Part shown: positions 8,085 to 16,253 of the stretch, in pieces
How positions within the stretch are numbered: the stretch's first letter is position 1
How the letters are laid out: each line of letters begins with the position of its first letter
NCBI GenBank assembly: GCA_023269295.1
Contig: JAHFTU010000001.1
Coordinates: 1-27,274, forward strand
From: Candidatus Woesearchaeota archaeon
GTDB taxonomy: Archaea; Nanobdellota; Nanobdellia; Woesearchaeales; UBA10216
Reading direction: 5' to 3'
Length of the DNA: 27,274 nt
Notes under the pieces: model-generated
The model's database searches: none
What the model was told of the DNA's origin: nothing
What the model saw: the letters and a program-made list of their open reading frames with translations, nothing else
Position numbers and translations under genes: made by a program

Positions 8085-8639
8085 ATGGGCAAGAGAGAAA
8101 TCACTGTAGTAAACATTGTAGTCAGCACTTCTTTGGGCCACGACATTCCTCTTGAAAAGATGAATGCCATGCTTTCCAACACAGAGTACAATCCTGAGCA
8201 GTTCCCAGGGCTTGTAATCAGGATAAAGGAGCCCAAAACTTCTGCGCTTGTGTTCAGCAGCGGCAAGGTTGTCTGCACCGGCGCCAGGTCAATGGACAAG
8301 GTTGAGGAGTCTATCAAGAAGATTATCAAAAGCCTTGAGAAAATCGGGATAAAAATCACAATAAAGCCTGAGATAAAGATACAAAACATAGTTGCTTCGG
8401 GCACTGTGGGAATGGACCTTAACCTGAACACCCTGGCAATGAAGCTCAGCAACACAGAATACGAGCCCGAGCAGTTCCCAGGGCTTGTGTACAAGCTCGT
8501 TGACGGCCCCGTGAAGGCGACATTCCTGCTTTTCAGCAACGGCAAAGTGGTCTGCACAGGCACAAAGAGCGAGGAAGAAGTGAACAAGTCGCTTGACAAG
8601 CTCATTGAGAACCTGAAGAAGGCAGCAGGCAAGAAGTAA
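8085..8639 (+). CDS. tbp: TATA-box-binding protein
   Basis: Two direct repeats, EYNPEQFPGLVIR...LVFSSGKVVCTGA and EYEPEQFPGLVYK...LLFSNGKVVCTGT. The ATG at 8085 is preferred over the GTG at 8073 because of the RBS position. Confidence 0.98.
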   Translation: MGKREITVVNIVVSTSLGHDIPLEKMNAMLSNTEYNPEQFPGLVIRIKEPKTSALVFSSGKVVCTGARSMDKVEESIKKIIKSLEKIGIKITIKPEIKIQNIVASGTVGMDLNLNTLAMKLSNTEYEPEQFPGLVYKLVDGPVKATFLLFSNGKVVCTGTKSEEEVNKSLDKLIENLKKAAGKK

Positions 8640-8648
8640 CAAGGGGGC

Positions 8649-8670
8649 TTTTAGTTTTTATTTTGTTTTT
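8649..8670 (+). terminator. Oligo-T archaeal terminator after tbp
   Basis: TTTTAGTTTTTATTTTGTTTTT immediately downstream of the stop codon. Confidence 0.55.
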
Positions 8671-8702
8671 ATTATCAGCTGAAATGAATCATAACTTACC
8701 GC

Positions 8703-8735
8703 TGCATGACCTTTTTCTGCAAAAAGGTCAATCAA
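8703..8735 (-). repeat. REP-like palindromic repeat, copy B
   Basis: Minus strand reads TTGAT-TGACCTTTTT-GCAG-AAAAAGGTCA-TGCA. Confidence 0.8.
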
Positions 8736-8762
8736 AAAACGAATCAAAAAACGAATCAAAAA
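8730..8762 (+). repeat. 12-bp tandem repeat AATCAAAAAACG x2.75
   Basis: Units at 8730-8741, 8742-8753 and a partial unit at 8754-8762. It abuts palindrome copy B. Confidence 0.9.
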
Positions 8763-8806
8763 TGAGCTAATTCAGGAATTGAACTGGTAAAAATGCTGGT
8801 GTAAAA

Positions 8807-10834
8807 ATGCTTGAGGCAACAGAGCAGATAGAGAGGTTCAAGGAGTTCTTTGAAGAGGTTGACAAGAAAAACCTTCTGGAGACTGTTTCGGCGGGAAAGC
8901 TTTCGGTGGCTGTTGATTTTGCAAGGCTCTCGTCCTTTGACCCTAAGATTGCGGTTGACTTGCTAGACTATCCTGAAGAGGTCATTAAGGCTGCCGAGCT
9001 CTCAATAAGAGAGATAGAGCTGCCGAGTTCTGGCGAAGCAAAAAATTACAGGGTAAGGGTTTACAATCTTCCGGCATCACAAACTTTAATGATAAGAGAC
9101 ATAAGGAGCAGCCACATAGGGAAGCTTCTCGTGCTTGAGGGCATAGTCAGGAGGAAATCCGACGTCAGGCCGCAGGTCGTGAACACAAGGTTTGAGTGCC
9201 CAAACTGCGGCAACATAATATCCGTGCTCCAGCTTGAGGCAACATTCAAGGAGCCCCACCGGTGCGGGTGCGGCAGGAAGGGAAATTTCAGGCTGCTGGA
9301 AAAAGAGCTTGTCGACGCCCAAAGCATGGTGCTTGAGGAAAGCCCTGAAATGCTGGAAGGCGGGGACCAGCCCAAAAGGATTGGCGTGTTTCTCAAGGAA
9401 GACCTTGTAAGCCCGATAAGCGAAAAGAAAACAAACCCCGGGAACAGGGTAAAGCTGATAGGCGTGCTAAAAGACGTGCCTGTAGTCAAGCACGGCACAC
9501 GGTCAACGAGCTTTGACCTGCACATAGACACAAATTTCCTTGAGACTATCGAAGAAGATTTCTACGACCTCAAAATATCAAAAGAGGATGAAGAGGCAAT
9601 AATTGCACTGTCAAAAGACAAGCTGGTTTATGACAAGCTAATCGCATCGATAGCACCATCAATCTACGGCTATGAAAAAGTCAAGGAATCACTCCTCCTG
9701 CAGCTCATGGGAGGGGTACAGAAAAAGCGCTCGGACGGAATAATATCGAGAGGAGACATGCACATACTTCTTGTAGGCGACCCTGGCTCAGGAAAAAGCC
9801 AGCTGCTCAAAAGGATAAGCGTCATTGCACCAAAAGGCAGGTATGTGAGTGGGGGAGGGGTAAGCGGGGCAGGCATAACTGCTGCTGTTGTCAAGGACGA
9901 GATACTTGGCGGCTGGAGCCTTGAGGCAGGAGCCCTTGTCCTGGCAAACAACGGCATATGCGCAATTGATGAAATGGACAAAATGAGCGAAGAAGACACA
10001 GGCGCAATGCACGAGGCACTGGAGCAACAAAGCGTTAGTATTTCGAAAGCAAACATACAGGCAACGCTCATGGCAAGGACTACTGTGCTGGCTGCTGCAA
10101 ACCCTAAATACGGAAGGTTTGACCAGTACGGCAACATAGCCGAGCAGATAAACCTGCCTCCTGCGCTGATAAACCGGTTTGACCTCATATTCACCATAAA
10201 AGACTTACCACAAGTGGAGAGGGATGAAAAAACCGCAAGGCACATACTCAAGCTCCACCAGACCCCAGACATCAGCGAGCCCGAAATATCAACCAAAGTT
10301 CTAAGAAAATACATCTCTTACGCAAGGCAGAAGATAAGGCCAGTGCTTACAGATGCAGCAATAGACGAAATAAAGGACTTCTACGTGCAGCTCAGGAACA
10401 GGGAAGTCAGCGACGAACGGGCAGCAAGGGCGATACCAATCTCAGCAAGGCAGCTTGAAGCCCTGGTAAGGATAAGCGAGGCATCAGCAAAGGTCAGGCT
10501 ATCAGAAAAGGTAACAAGGGAGGATGCGCGAAGGGCCATCGAGCTCCTCATGGGGTGCCTGATGCAGGTAGGAAGGGAAAAGGAAACCGGCCAGATAGAC
10601 ATAGACAGGATAGCAACAGGCATACCTGCCTCACAGAGGGAAAGAATATTCCTGATAAAGCAGATACTCGAAGAGCTGGAGGAGGGGCTCGGGAAGACAA
10701 TACCGGTGGAAGATGTAGCCAGGCTCGCTGTTGAAAGGGGCGTGAGCAAGACCGAGGTTGACGAAATAATAGAAAAGCTCAAAAGAGCCGGGGATGTTTA
10801 CGAGCCGAGATACGGCTTCCTATCGAGAATGTGA
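8807..10834 (+). CDS. mcm: MCM replicative helicase
   Basis: Zn finger CPNC...CGC, Walker A GDPGSGKSQLL, Walker B IDEMDKM, AAANPKYGRFD, NRFDL arginine finger, sensor 2 ISARQLEALVR and a C-terminal winged helix. Confidence 0.98.
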   Translation: MLEATEQIERFKEFFEEVDKKNLLETVSAGKLSVAVDFARLSSFDPKIAVDLLDYPEEVIKAAELSIREIELPSSGEAKNYRVRVYNLPASQTLMIRDIRSSHIGKLLVLEGIVRRKSDVRPQVVNTRFECPNCGNIISVLQLEATFKEPHRCGCGRKGNFRLLEKELVDAQSMVLEESPEMLEGGDQPKRIGVFLKEDLVSPISEKKTNPGNRVKLIGVLKDVPVVKHGTRSTSFDLHIDTNFLETIEEDFYDLKISKEDEEAIIALSKDKLVYDKLIASIAPSIYGYEKVKESLLLQLMGGVQKKRSDGIISRGDMHILLVGDPGSGKSQLLKRISVIAPKGRYVSGGGVSGAGITAAVVKDEILGGWSLEAGALVLANNGICAIDEMDKMSEEDTGAMHEALEQQSVSISKANIQATLMARTTVLAAANPKYGRFDQYGNIAEQINLPPALINRFDLIFTIKDLPQVERDEKTARHILKLHQTPDISEPEISTKVLRKYISYARQKIRPVLTDAAIDEIKDFYVQLRNREVSDERAARAIPISARQLEALVRISEASAKVRLSEKVTREDARRAIELLMGCLMQVGREKETGQIDIDRIATGIPASQRERIFLIKQILEELEEGLGKTIPVEDVARLAVERGVSKTEVDEIIEKLKRAGDVYEPRYGFLSRM

Positions 10835-10859
10835 CCTTCTTAGTAAGAAGGTCAATCAA
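10829..10859 (-). repeat. REP-like palindromic repeat, copy C (overlaps the mcm stop)
   Basis: Minus strand reads TTGAT-TGACCTTCTT-ACT-AAGAAGGTCA-CAT. The plus-strand TGA of the stem is the mcm stop codon. Confidence 0.8.
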
Positions 10860-10960
10860 GAAATACAACATGTTTAGACACAGGCTGAAATAAGCAGAAA
10901 AAGAAAAATAGGAGAAGGAAGAGAGTCAATCTAGAAACGCGCGAGCTGCTTATTTAGTTT

Positions 10961-11040
10961 TTGGATTGAACCCCAAGTCGACGAAAGTCGACTGGGCCCA
11001 ATCGCAACAGCGATTTGGGCTTTTCCCAAAAGGGTCATGC
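10961..11040 (+). other. Multi-hairpin structured element (expanded repeat-family member or structured 5' leader)
   Basis: Hairpins GTCGAC-GAAA-GTCGAC, GCCCAATCGC-AACA-GCGATTTGGGC and TTTT-CCC-AAAA are enclosed by GATTGAACC...GGTCATGC ends that resemble the repeat family. Confidence 0.5.
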
Positions 11041-11681
11041 TACAGGAAAAACAATACCGGAGAGAAGTCGCACAAAAAGCGAGCGTAGCTGAAATTCTTA
11101 ACAATGCAGAAGCTGAAGGCGGAACTGCATCGCTGAATGCCAATGGCAGGCAGATAAAAAGGGCAAACGTACTAGCAACCATAGTTGACAAGACTGACAC
11201 AGATGGAGCTTACAAAAGCATGGTTGCTGATGACGGGACGGGGCAGATAAGACTGCGCCTCTTTGATGACGCCGCCGGGCTTTTTGGAAAAACTGAAATC
11301 GGCGACTTTGCGCTGATAATAGGAAAGCCAAGGCACTACGGCGATGAAACTTACATTGCACCCGAGCTTATCAGGGCCCTGAAGGAAATCAAGTGGGCAG
11401 ATGTAAGGAAGCTTGAGCTCAGAATACCGCGAACACAACAAAAAATAGGGCTGGCAGAAAACTTAAAAGAAAATGAAAAGCCGCTGCCAAACGACGACGG
11501 AGTGAGCAAAGACAAAGTCAAAGTTTACCAGGCAATAAAAGAGCTTGACACCGGCAGAGGGGCTGACGTGACTGAAGTTGTCTTGAAATGCGGCAGCAAT
11601 ACGGAAACGCTGGTAAAAGAAATGATAAGAAGCGGAGACCTGTTTGAGGTTTCGCCAGGCAGGCTCAAGGTTTTGGAGTAA
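11037..11681 (+). CDS. RPA32-like OB-fold single-stranded DNA-binding protein with C-terminal winged helix
   Basis: OB-fold pattern IKRANVLATIVDK...DDGTGQIRLRLF...LIIGKPRHY...YIAPE, and a C-terminal IKELDTGRGAD...GDLFEVSPGRLKVLE wHTH. Located next to mcm. Confidence 0.75.
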   Translation: MLQEKQYRREVAQKASVAEILNNAEAEGGTASLNANGRQIKRANVLATIVDKTDTDGAYKSMVADDGTGQIRLRLFDDAAGLFGKTEIGDFALIIGKPRHYGDETYIAPELIRALKEIKWADVRKLELRIPRTQQKIGLAENLKENEKPLPNDDGVSKDKVKVYQAIKELDTGRGADVTEVVLKCGSNTETLVKEMIRSGDLFEVSPGRLKVLE

Positions 11682-11695
11682 AGAAGAAGGATAAG

Positions 11696-11703
11696 TTTTA
11701 AAA
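11696..11703 (+). promoter_or_regulatory. TATA box for aIF-2beta/DUF424
   Basis: TTTTAAAA about 24 nt upstream of the ATG at 11727. Confidence 0.55.
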
Positions 11704-11726
11704 TAGCGCTGAGTTCTCAGGCGGCT

Positions 11727-12143
11727 ATGGCCACGGAAACTTACGAAAGCCTGCTGAAAAGGGCGCAGGAGCTGCTGCCGCAGAAAAACCTCGCTACCGA
11801 GAGGCTTGAAGTGCCAAAGGTGCTGGGCCACATACAGGGAAACAGGACTGTGGTGAGCAACTTCCACGCCATAGCAGAGATCATAAGGAGGCCGCAGGAG
11901 CACTTTCTCAAGTACATGCTCAAAGAGCTAGCGACATCAGGCGAGGTCACAAAGTCAGCACTCATTCTTGGAACAAAGGTGCCAGCATCAAGGATAAACG
12001 ACAAGATCCAGGAATACCTCAAGGACTTTGTAATATGCCCGGAGTGCAAGAGGCCCGACACAAAGCTTGAAAAGGAAGATAACGTAACTTTCATCAAGTG
12101 CTCGGCCTGCGGAGCAAAGCACGCTGTAAAAGTACGGATATGA
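11727..12143 (+). CDS. eif2b: Translation initiation factor aIF-2 subunit beta
   Basis: YESLLKRA, RLEVPK, GNRTVVSNF, HFLKYMLKELATSG and a C-terminal zinc ribbon CPECKRPDT...CSACGA. Confidence 0.96.
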   Translation: MATETYESLLKRAQELLPQKNLATERLEVPKVLGHIQGNRTVVSNFHAIAEIIRRPQEHFLKYMLKELATSGEVTKSALILGTKVPASRINDKIQEYLKDFVICPECKRPDTKLEKEDNVTFIKCSACGAKHAVKVRI

Positions 12144-12439
12144 ACAAGTTCATTGTTGCACAGCACAATTCTGAAGGAAGGCTCATTCTCACAGTCTGCG
12201 ATAGCAGTGTGCATGGCAAAAAGCTTGAAGAAAAAGGGGCTGTGCTTGACCTTGGCTCAAAATTCTACGGCGGCCAGGAGAAAGACACAGCATCTGTTGA
12301 GAAGCTAATGCAGAAGGCGTATACAATTCACGCTGTTGGAAAAAACTCGGTGGCAGCTGTCACCAAGCTAGGGCTTGCCGCAAAAGAGGACATAAAAACA
12401 GTTTCTGGAGTGCCGCATGTGCAGGTGCTAGTGATATAA
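12140..12439 (+). CDS. DUF424 family protein
   Basis: The ATG overlaps the upstream stop (ATGA). Motifs ILTVCDSSVHGKKLEE, LDLGSKFYGG, VGKNSV and VSGVPHVQV; this family is commonly found next to aIF-2beta. Confidence 0.88.
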   Translation: MNKFIVAQHNSEGRLILTVCDSSVHGKKLEEKGAVLDLGSKFYGGQEKDTASVEKLMQKAYTIHAVGKNSVAAVTKLGLAAKEDIKTVSGVPHVQVLVI

Positions 12440-12464
12440 TTAATTTCAATCGAGAAAAAGGGCT

Positions 12465-13250
12465 TTATTTAGGTAAACGCGTTTCTTCTTGGCGCGCATA
12501 ATTAAGATCCCCTTTGTATCTGTCCTTTATTCCTTGAAGTGCTTCAGAAAATAATCGCATAGATATGCCGGATCTAGATGTACTTTCAGATTTGGCTATT
12601 CCAGTAAAGGAAATTATGCGGTCTGCTGTTTCCTGGGTAAGTATATCACCTCCTCGCACAGTACCTACAGATTTTTTAATGTCAAAAACTAATTCTTTTC
12701 TCTGCTCTTCAGTGAGCGGGATGGGAAGGTCAGACTTAAAGTAGACCGGTAAAAATGGGCTGCGGGCTTGATAATGGACGGCAGCGTCCAATGCTGGGAG
12801 AACTGACTTTTCCTGAACAAGATCTTCAAGAGAAACAATTATAGCCATAATAGCTTGCCCTGGTAGCGGTTGCTCGGTTTCGTTGTTAATATGAAAGTCT
12901 CGCCGCTCCATCAAGTCTAAGAAATAAGTTTTGATGCTAGGGGCGGGTTTATCACTGAAGTAGAAGTTAATGTCGTTGCCTTCTTCATCAGCTTCTACTC
13001 TACATCCTTGGCTTTTAAGACCTTCGGGATCATTCAGTTCTCTATAAAAATCACGATCTGCTTCATGAGTTGGGTATTGGCTCACCAAGTAGCCTATTAT
13101 GGCTTGATTGCCTCTTCGCATCAAAAACAGAGCTCTGGATTGGTTTGCGAGGTCTGTGAAGTGCTGCGGCTCACCACTTGCTGGGTCACTAAGCTCCAAC
13201 AGTTGCAAAAGCGTTTCAGATGGTGTTTTAACCCGTTGCCGTTCTGTCAT
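12465..13250 (-). CDS. Hypothetical protein (261 aa)
   Basis: Long ORF with no competing frame and a GAGGT RBS just before the ATG. No family recognised. Confidence 0.75.
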   Translation of the reverse strand: MTERQRVKTPSETLLQLLELSDPASGEPQHFTDLANQSRALFLMRRGNQAIIGYLVSQYPTHEADRDFYRELNDPEGLKSQGCRVEADEEGNDINFYFSDKPAPSIKTYFLDLMERRDFHINNETEQPLPGQAIMAIIVSLEDLVQEKSVLPALDAAVHYQARSPFLPVYFKSDLPIPLTEEQRKELVFDIKKSVGTVRGGDILTQETADRIISFTGIAKSESTSRSGISMRLFSEALQGIKDRYKGDLNYARQEETRLPK

Positions 13251-13384
13251 TTTACCTCGCTTTCATACTCGCGCATAATAAGCGAGTTATGTAATCAAAC
13301 ACCATATTTAAATCTTTCTATTTTCATTATTAAACAGTGGTGAAAATCAAAACATTTAAATACTATGAAACCTGTGTGCGGTGT

Positions 13385-16207
13385 ATGGGAATGCGGCAAC
13401 TTGGGAAGCTTGCGGACTTGATAGGCAGAAATCCGGCAAAAAGGGCCATAAGAGGGGTTGCGACTAGTATTAACGACAGTGATATGGCCAAACAAGTCGG
13501 CAGTGTTTTGAAGGAGATTTACGCTACAAATGGGGGGGATGCTGCCCTTACCGCGGCAAACATCATCAGATACCTCACGGGGTCAAGAGGCGTTATGCCT
13601 GAACAACTCGTATGTACGGCCGAGGTAATGAAGCATCCTGAAGTTCTGGAAGCGCTCACGAAACTTGAAACAGGCAGCTACATTAATGACACTGCTAAAA
13701 CGGCTTTGAATTTATCTGAATTGGTTAAGCGTAACCCTGAATATTTGGCTGGAGCACTGGGGCTCATTAGTGATTGCCATAATGCCTATGTTGCAAGTTC
13801 CATCTCAGAAGGAGTATTAAACTCTATTGTAAAAGTAGGGGTCAAATTCCCGCAGAGGGAAATGGCGTTTGCGCAAATGCTTCTGTGGGTAAGAAGAGAC
13901 GGCGCGCGTGATTTTAACGATGGTATTGAAGCATCCTCAGTAGGAAGCAATATGGCGAATATGATGGAGAAGTTCGGCGACAGAAATTTTGAAAAAATAC
14001 TCACATTAACTGAGCAGTACCCAAGCGAGGTTTCTGCCAGGCTTGCTGAGATGCTTTATGATTACGTTGGGAGCGAGTTATACCTCCACGACGGCTACAT
14101 GAGAGATTCAAGTAAACCAAAGAAGTTGAGGAAAGTTTCGCTTGAAGAAGCCTTAGATGAAACTATAGGCTTAATGGCTAAGCCGGAAGTTGGCAGCTTA
14201 TTTGGAAAGATGAATGGAGAAGCTGCGCCCTTCGCTATGCTTTCCCTTGTCAAAATAGCCAGTCTTGGCGATGACGCTGTGAACGCTGCTGTTGGAACTG
14301 CGCAGCAATATCATAGGAACCTTTCAAGGTACGTGCTTGAAACCCTTGCGGAAAGCCCAGACGCTGTAAGGCTTGCGGAGAAGGCAAGAGCAATGAGGCT
14401 TCAGGAAATAGTAGGCTTCTCAAATGCTAATTCAGACTGGTGGGAACAGGTTTTGATAATTGGAGGACTCGCTGAGTTGGGTGAGGAAGCTGCTAGGGAA
14501 GCCGTACGGCTAACAACTGCGTACGGCTTAGGGAATGTCTTAAGAACATTTCTTAATGCAAAGAGTGAGAAACAAGTGCTTAACGCAGCAAGTGTAATGG
14601 CGGCCCGGGAAGTCAAGTCTACCATAGAATACTTCGGCGGGGATTCGGCTGCTGTTGTTTTATCGGCCCTCTTACGCGCTGGCGATAATAGCACAATGCG
14701 TAAGATAGCGGAAAACATCACTGTGCAAGAGGTGCAGGCCGTACTTGAGCCGTATAGCAGCGACGAAAGAGTTAGAGTAAGAACTGCCGAAGAGGCTCTT
14801 AATTTCGTCATTGGCTCAAAAAGTGTTGAAGAAATAAAGGAGCTTGCCGAAATAATGGCCCTCCCAGAAGCTGTCGAAGTAGCACACAATGGCGCAGGCA
14901 TGAGTTATAATGCCATGAGCCCCTTATTGGATGTTTTAAGAAATGTTGGGGCGGATACAGCCAAAAGATTTGCCAGAACAGTAAGCAGATTCAAAGGACA
15001 TAGTGATACGACAACTGTTGCCTACGGACTTCGCAACGTGGCCGGAGACCAAGAGACTTTCACAGCAGCATGCGACTCAATAGACCGAATTGGCGAAAAG
15101 GGGGACCAATTAACTGCGCTGTTTATTGGCAGGAGCGCTGCACGGGCAGCCCACATAATGGGAGACAAGTATAGAAGCTTCCTAAGCTATATGGAAAGGC
15201 GGGGTGGCAGGAATGACGTATTAACTGTGGAGAGAGCTTCCCCAGATGTGCGGGAGGCTGTGGCGCGGATTAAAACACCGACGAGCAGCAACACACAGAT
15301 GCACAACCTCATAAGGTTCGTAAGGTACACAGATGCAAACTACACACTCAGGGTAACGCAACAGGCTTCTGAAGATTTACAAGCGGCACTCAGAAACGCG
15401 GAAGCCGCATTACGCCAACACCTAGAACAATTTGGCATAAGGGAGGTTGAGGAGGCGTTGCAATTCCTGCCCTGGCTCCAAACAAAGGACGAGACAGCAT
15501 TGAAGGCTTTAAGAGGCGAGCAAGTCCAAAAAAGCGGCCAGAATAGGAGTTATGTGCTCAGGACAGCACAGCTAGACGCAGAAGCGCTGGCACAAGAGGT
15601 GCGGCAATATGCGAGAATTGCAGGTGTTATATTGCCAGAGCTGGCCTTGTCAAAACCGAGCATTGACTCAGTAAAGCAAGCAGCACAATACGTAATTTCT
15701 GAAATAGACAAGATAGACAGGAAAAAGGATATCTCTCGCCAAGCACTTAAAGAAGCAAAACCGAATCTTGACAGAATACTTCAGACGACAAATAATGAGG
15801 GGGAATACACGCTGCATGTTGCACCTCAGGACATTAAAGGGCAAATGGAGGCATTGCAGACAATTCCATCTTGCCTCTCGCCAGGCAGCATGTATTTCAG
15901 GCACACCCAAAATTACATGGCTAATCCAAACACGTTCTTTGCAACGATTAAAGGGAAGCAAGGGGCTGTTGGCAGAGTAACTGTCTTTACCGGAACGATA
16001 GAAGATGATAAACCTGCTATAGCGCGAGTAAGCAAACTGTATGCGATTGTGCCAGTGCGCGAAGGGGATGTTGACGAAGCTCTCAGGAAATATGCCTTAG
16101 AGACAGGCATGGTCTTCTTGGAACGCGGAATCCTGAAGGTTGACGGGTTAAGAGAAGCCTATGATGACCGTATAAGCTTTGACGGGAAGCACGTGACCAT
16201 AAGATAG
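13385..16207 (+). CDS. Large hypothetical protein (~940 aa) with degenerate helical repeats and a C-terminal alpha/beta domain
   Basis: The ORF is open from 13337. The ATG at 13385 follows GCGGTG and lies downstream of TTTAAATA. The protein is Ala/Glu/Leu-rich and helical; no family recognised. Confidence 0.85.
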   Translation: MGMRQLGKLADLIGRNPAKRAIRGVATSINDSDMAKQVGSVLKEIYATNGGDAALTAANIIRYLTGSRGVMPEQLVCTAEVMKHPEVLEALTKLETGSYINDTAKTALNLSELVKRNPEYLAGALGLISDCHNAYVASSISEGVLNSIVKVGVKFPQREMAFAQMLLWVRRDGARDFNDGIEASSVGSNMANMMEKFGDRNFEKILTLTEQYPSEVSARLAEMLYDYVGSELYLHDGYMRDSSKPKKLRKVSLEEALDETIGLMAKPEVGSLFGKMNGEAAPFAMLSLVKIASLGDDAVNAAVGTAQQYHRNLSRYVLETLAESPDAVRLAEKARAMRLQEIVGFSNANSDWWEQVLIIGGLAELGEEAAREAVRLTTAYGLGNVLRTFLNAKSEKQVLNAASVMAAREVKSTIEYFGGDSAAVVLSALLRAGDNSTMRKIAENITVQEVQAVLEPYSSDERVRVRTAEEALNFVIGSKSVEEIKELAEIMALPEAVEVAHNGAGMSYNAMSPLLDVLRNVGADTAKRFARTVSRFKGHSDTTTVAYGLRNVAGDQETFTAACDSIDRIGEKGDQLTALFIGRSAARAAHIMGDKYRSFLSYMERRGGRNDVLTVERASPDVREAVARIKTPTSSNTQMHNLIRFVRYTDANYTLRVTQQASEDLQAALRNAEAALRQHLEQFGIREVEEALQFLPWLQTKDETALKALRGEQVQKSGQNRSYVLRTAQLDAEALAQEVRQYARIAGVILPELALSKPSIDSVKQAAQYVISEIDKIDRKKDISRQALKEAKPNLDRILQTTNNEGEYTLHVAPQDIKGQMEALQTIPSCLSPGSMYFRHTQNYMANPNTFFATIKGKQGAVGRVTVFTGTIEDDKPAIARVSKLYAIVPVREGDVDEALRKYALETGMVFLERGILKVDGLREAYDDRISFDGKHVTIR

Positions 16208-16253
16208 TGTGCCAGCAATAGCGTGGCGAGTTCAGCAATAATCGATGACGCAC

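Noticed and set aside
10959-11040. tRNA gene on the minus strand (GGGGTTCAATCC resembles a T-arm; cloverleaf-like fold)
   Set aside because: The T-loop would be only 6 nt, and there is no D-arm consensus, 7-nt anticodon loop or 7-bp acceptor stem. Reported as a structured element instead.
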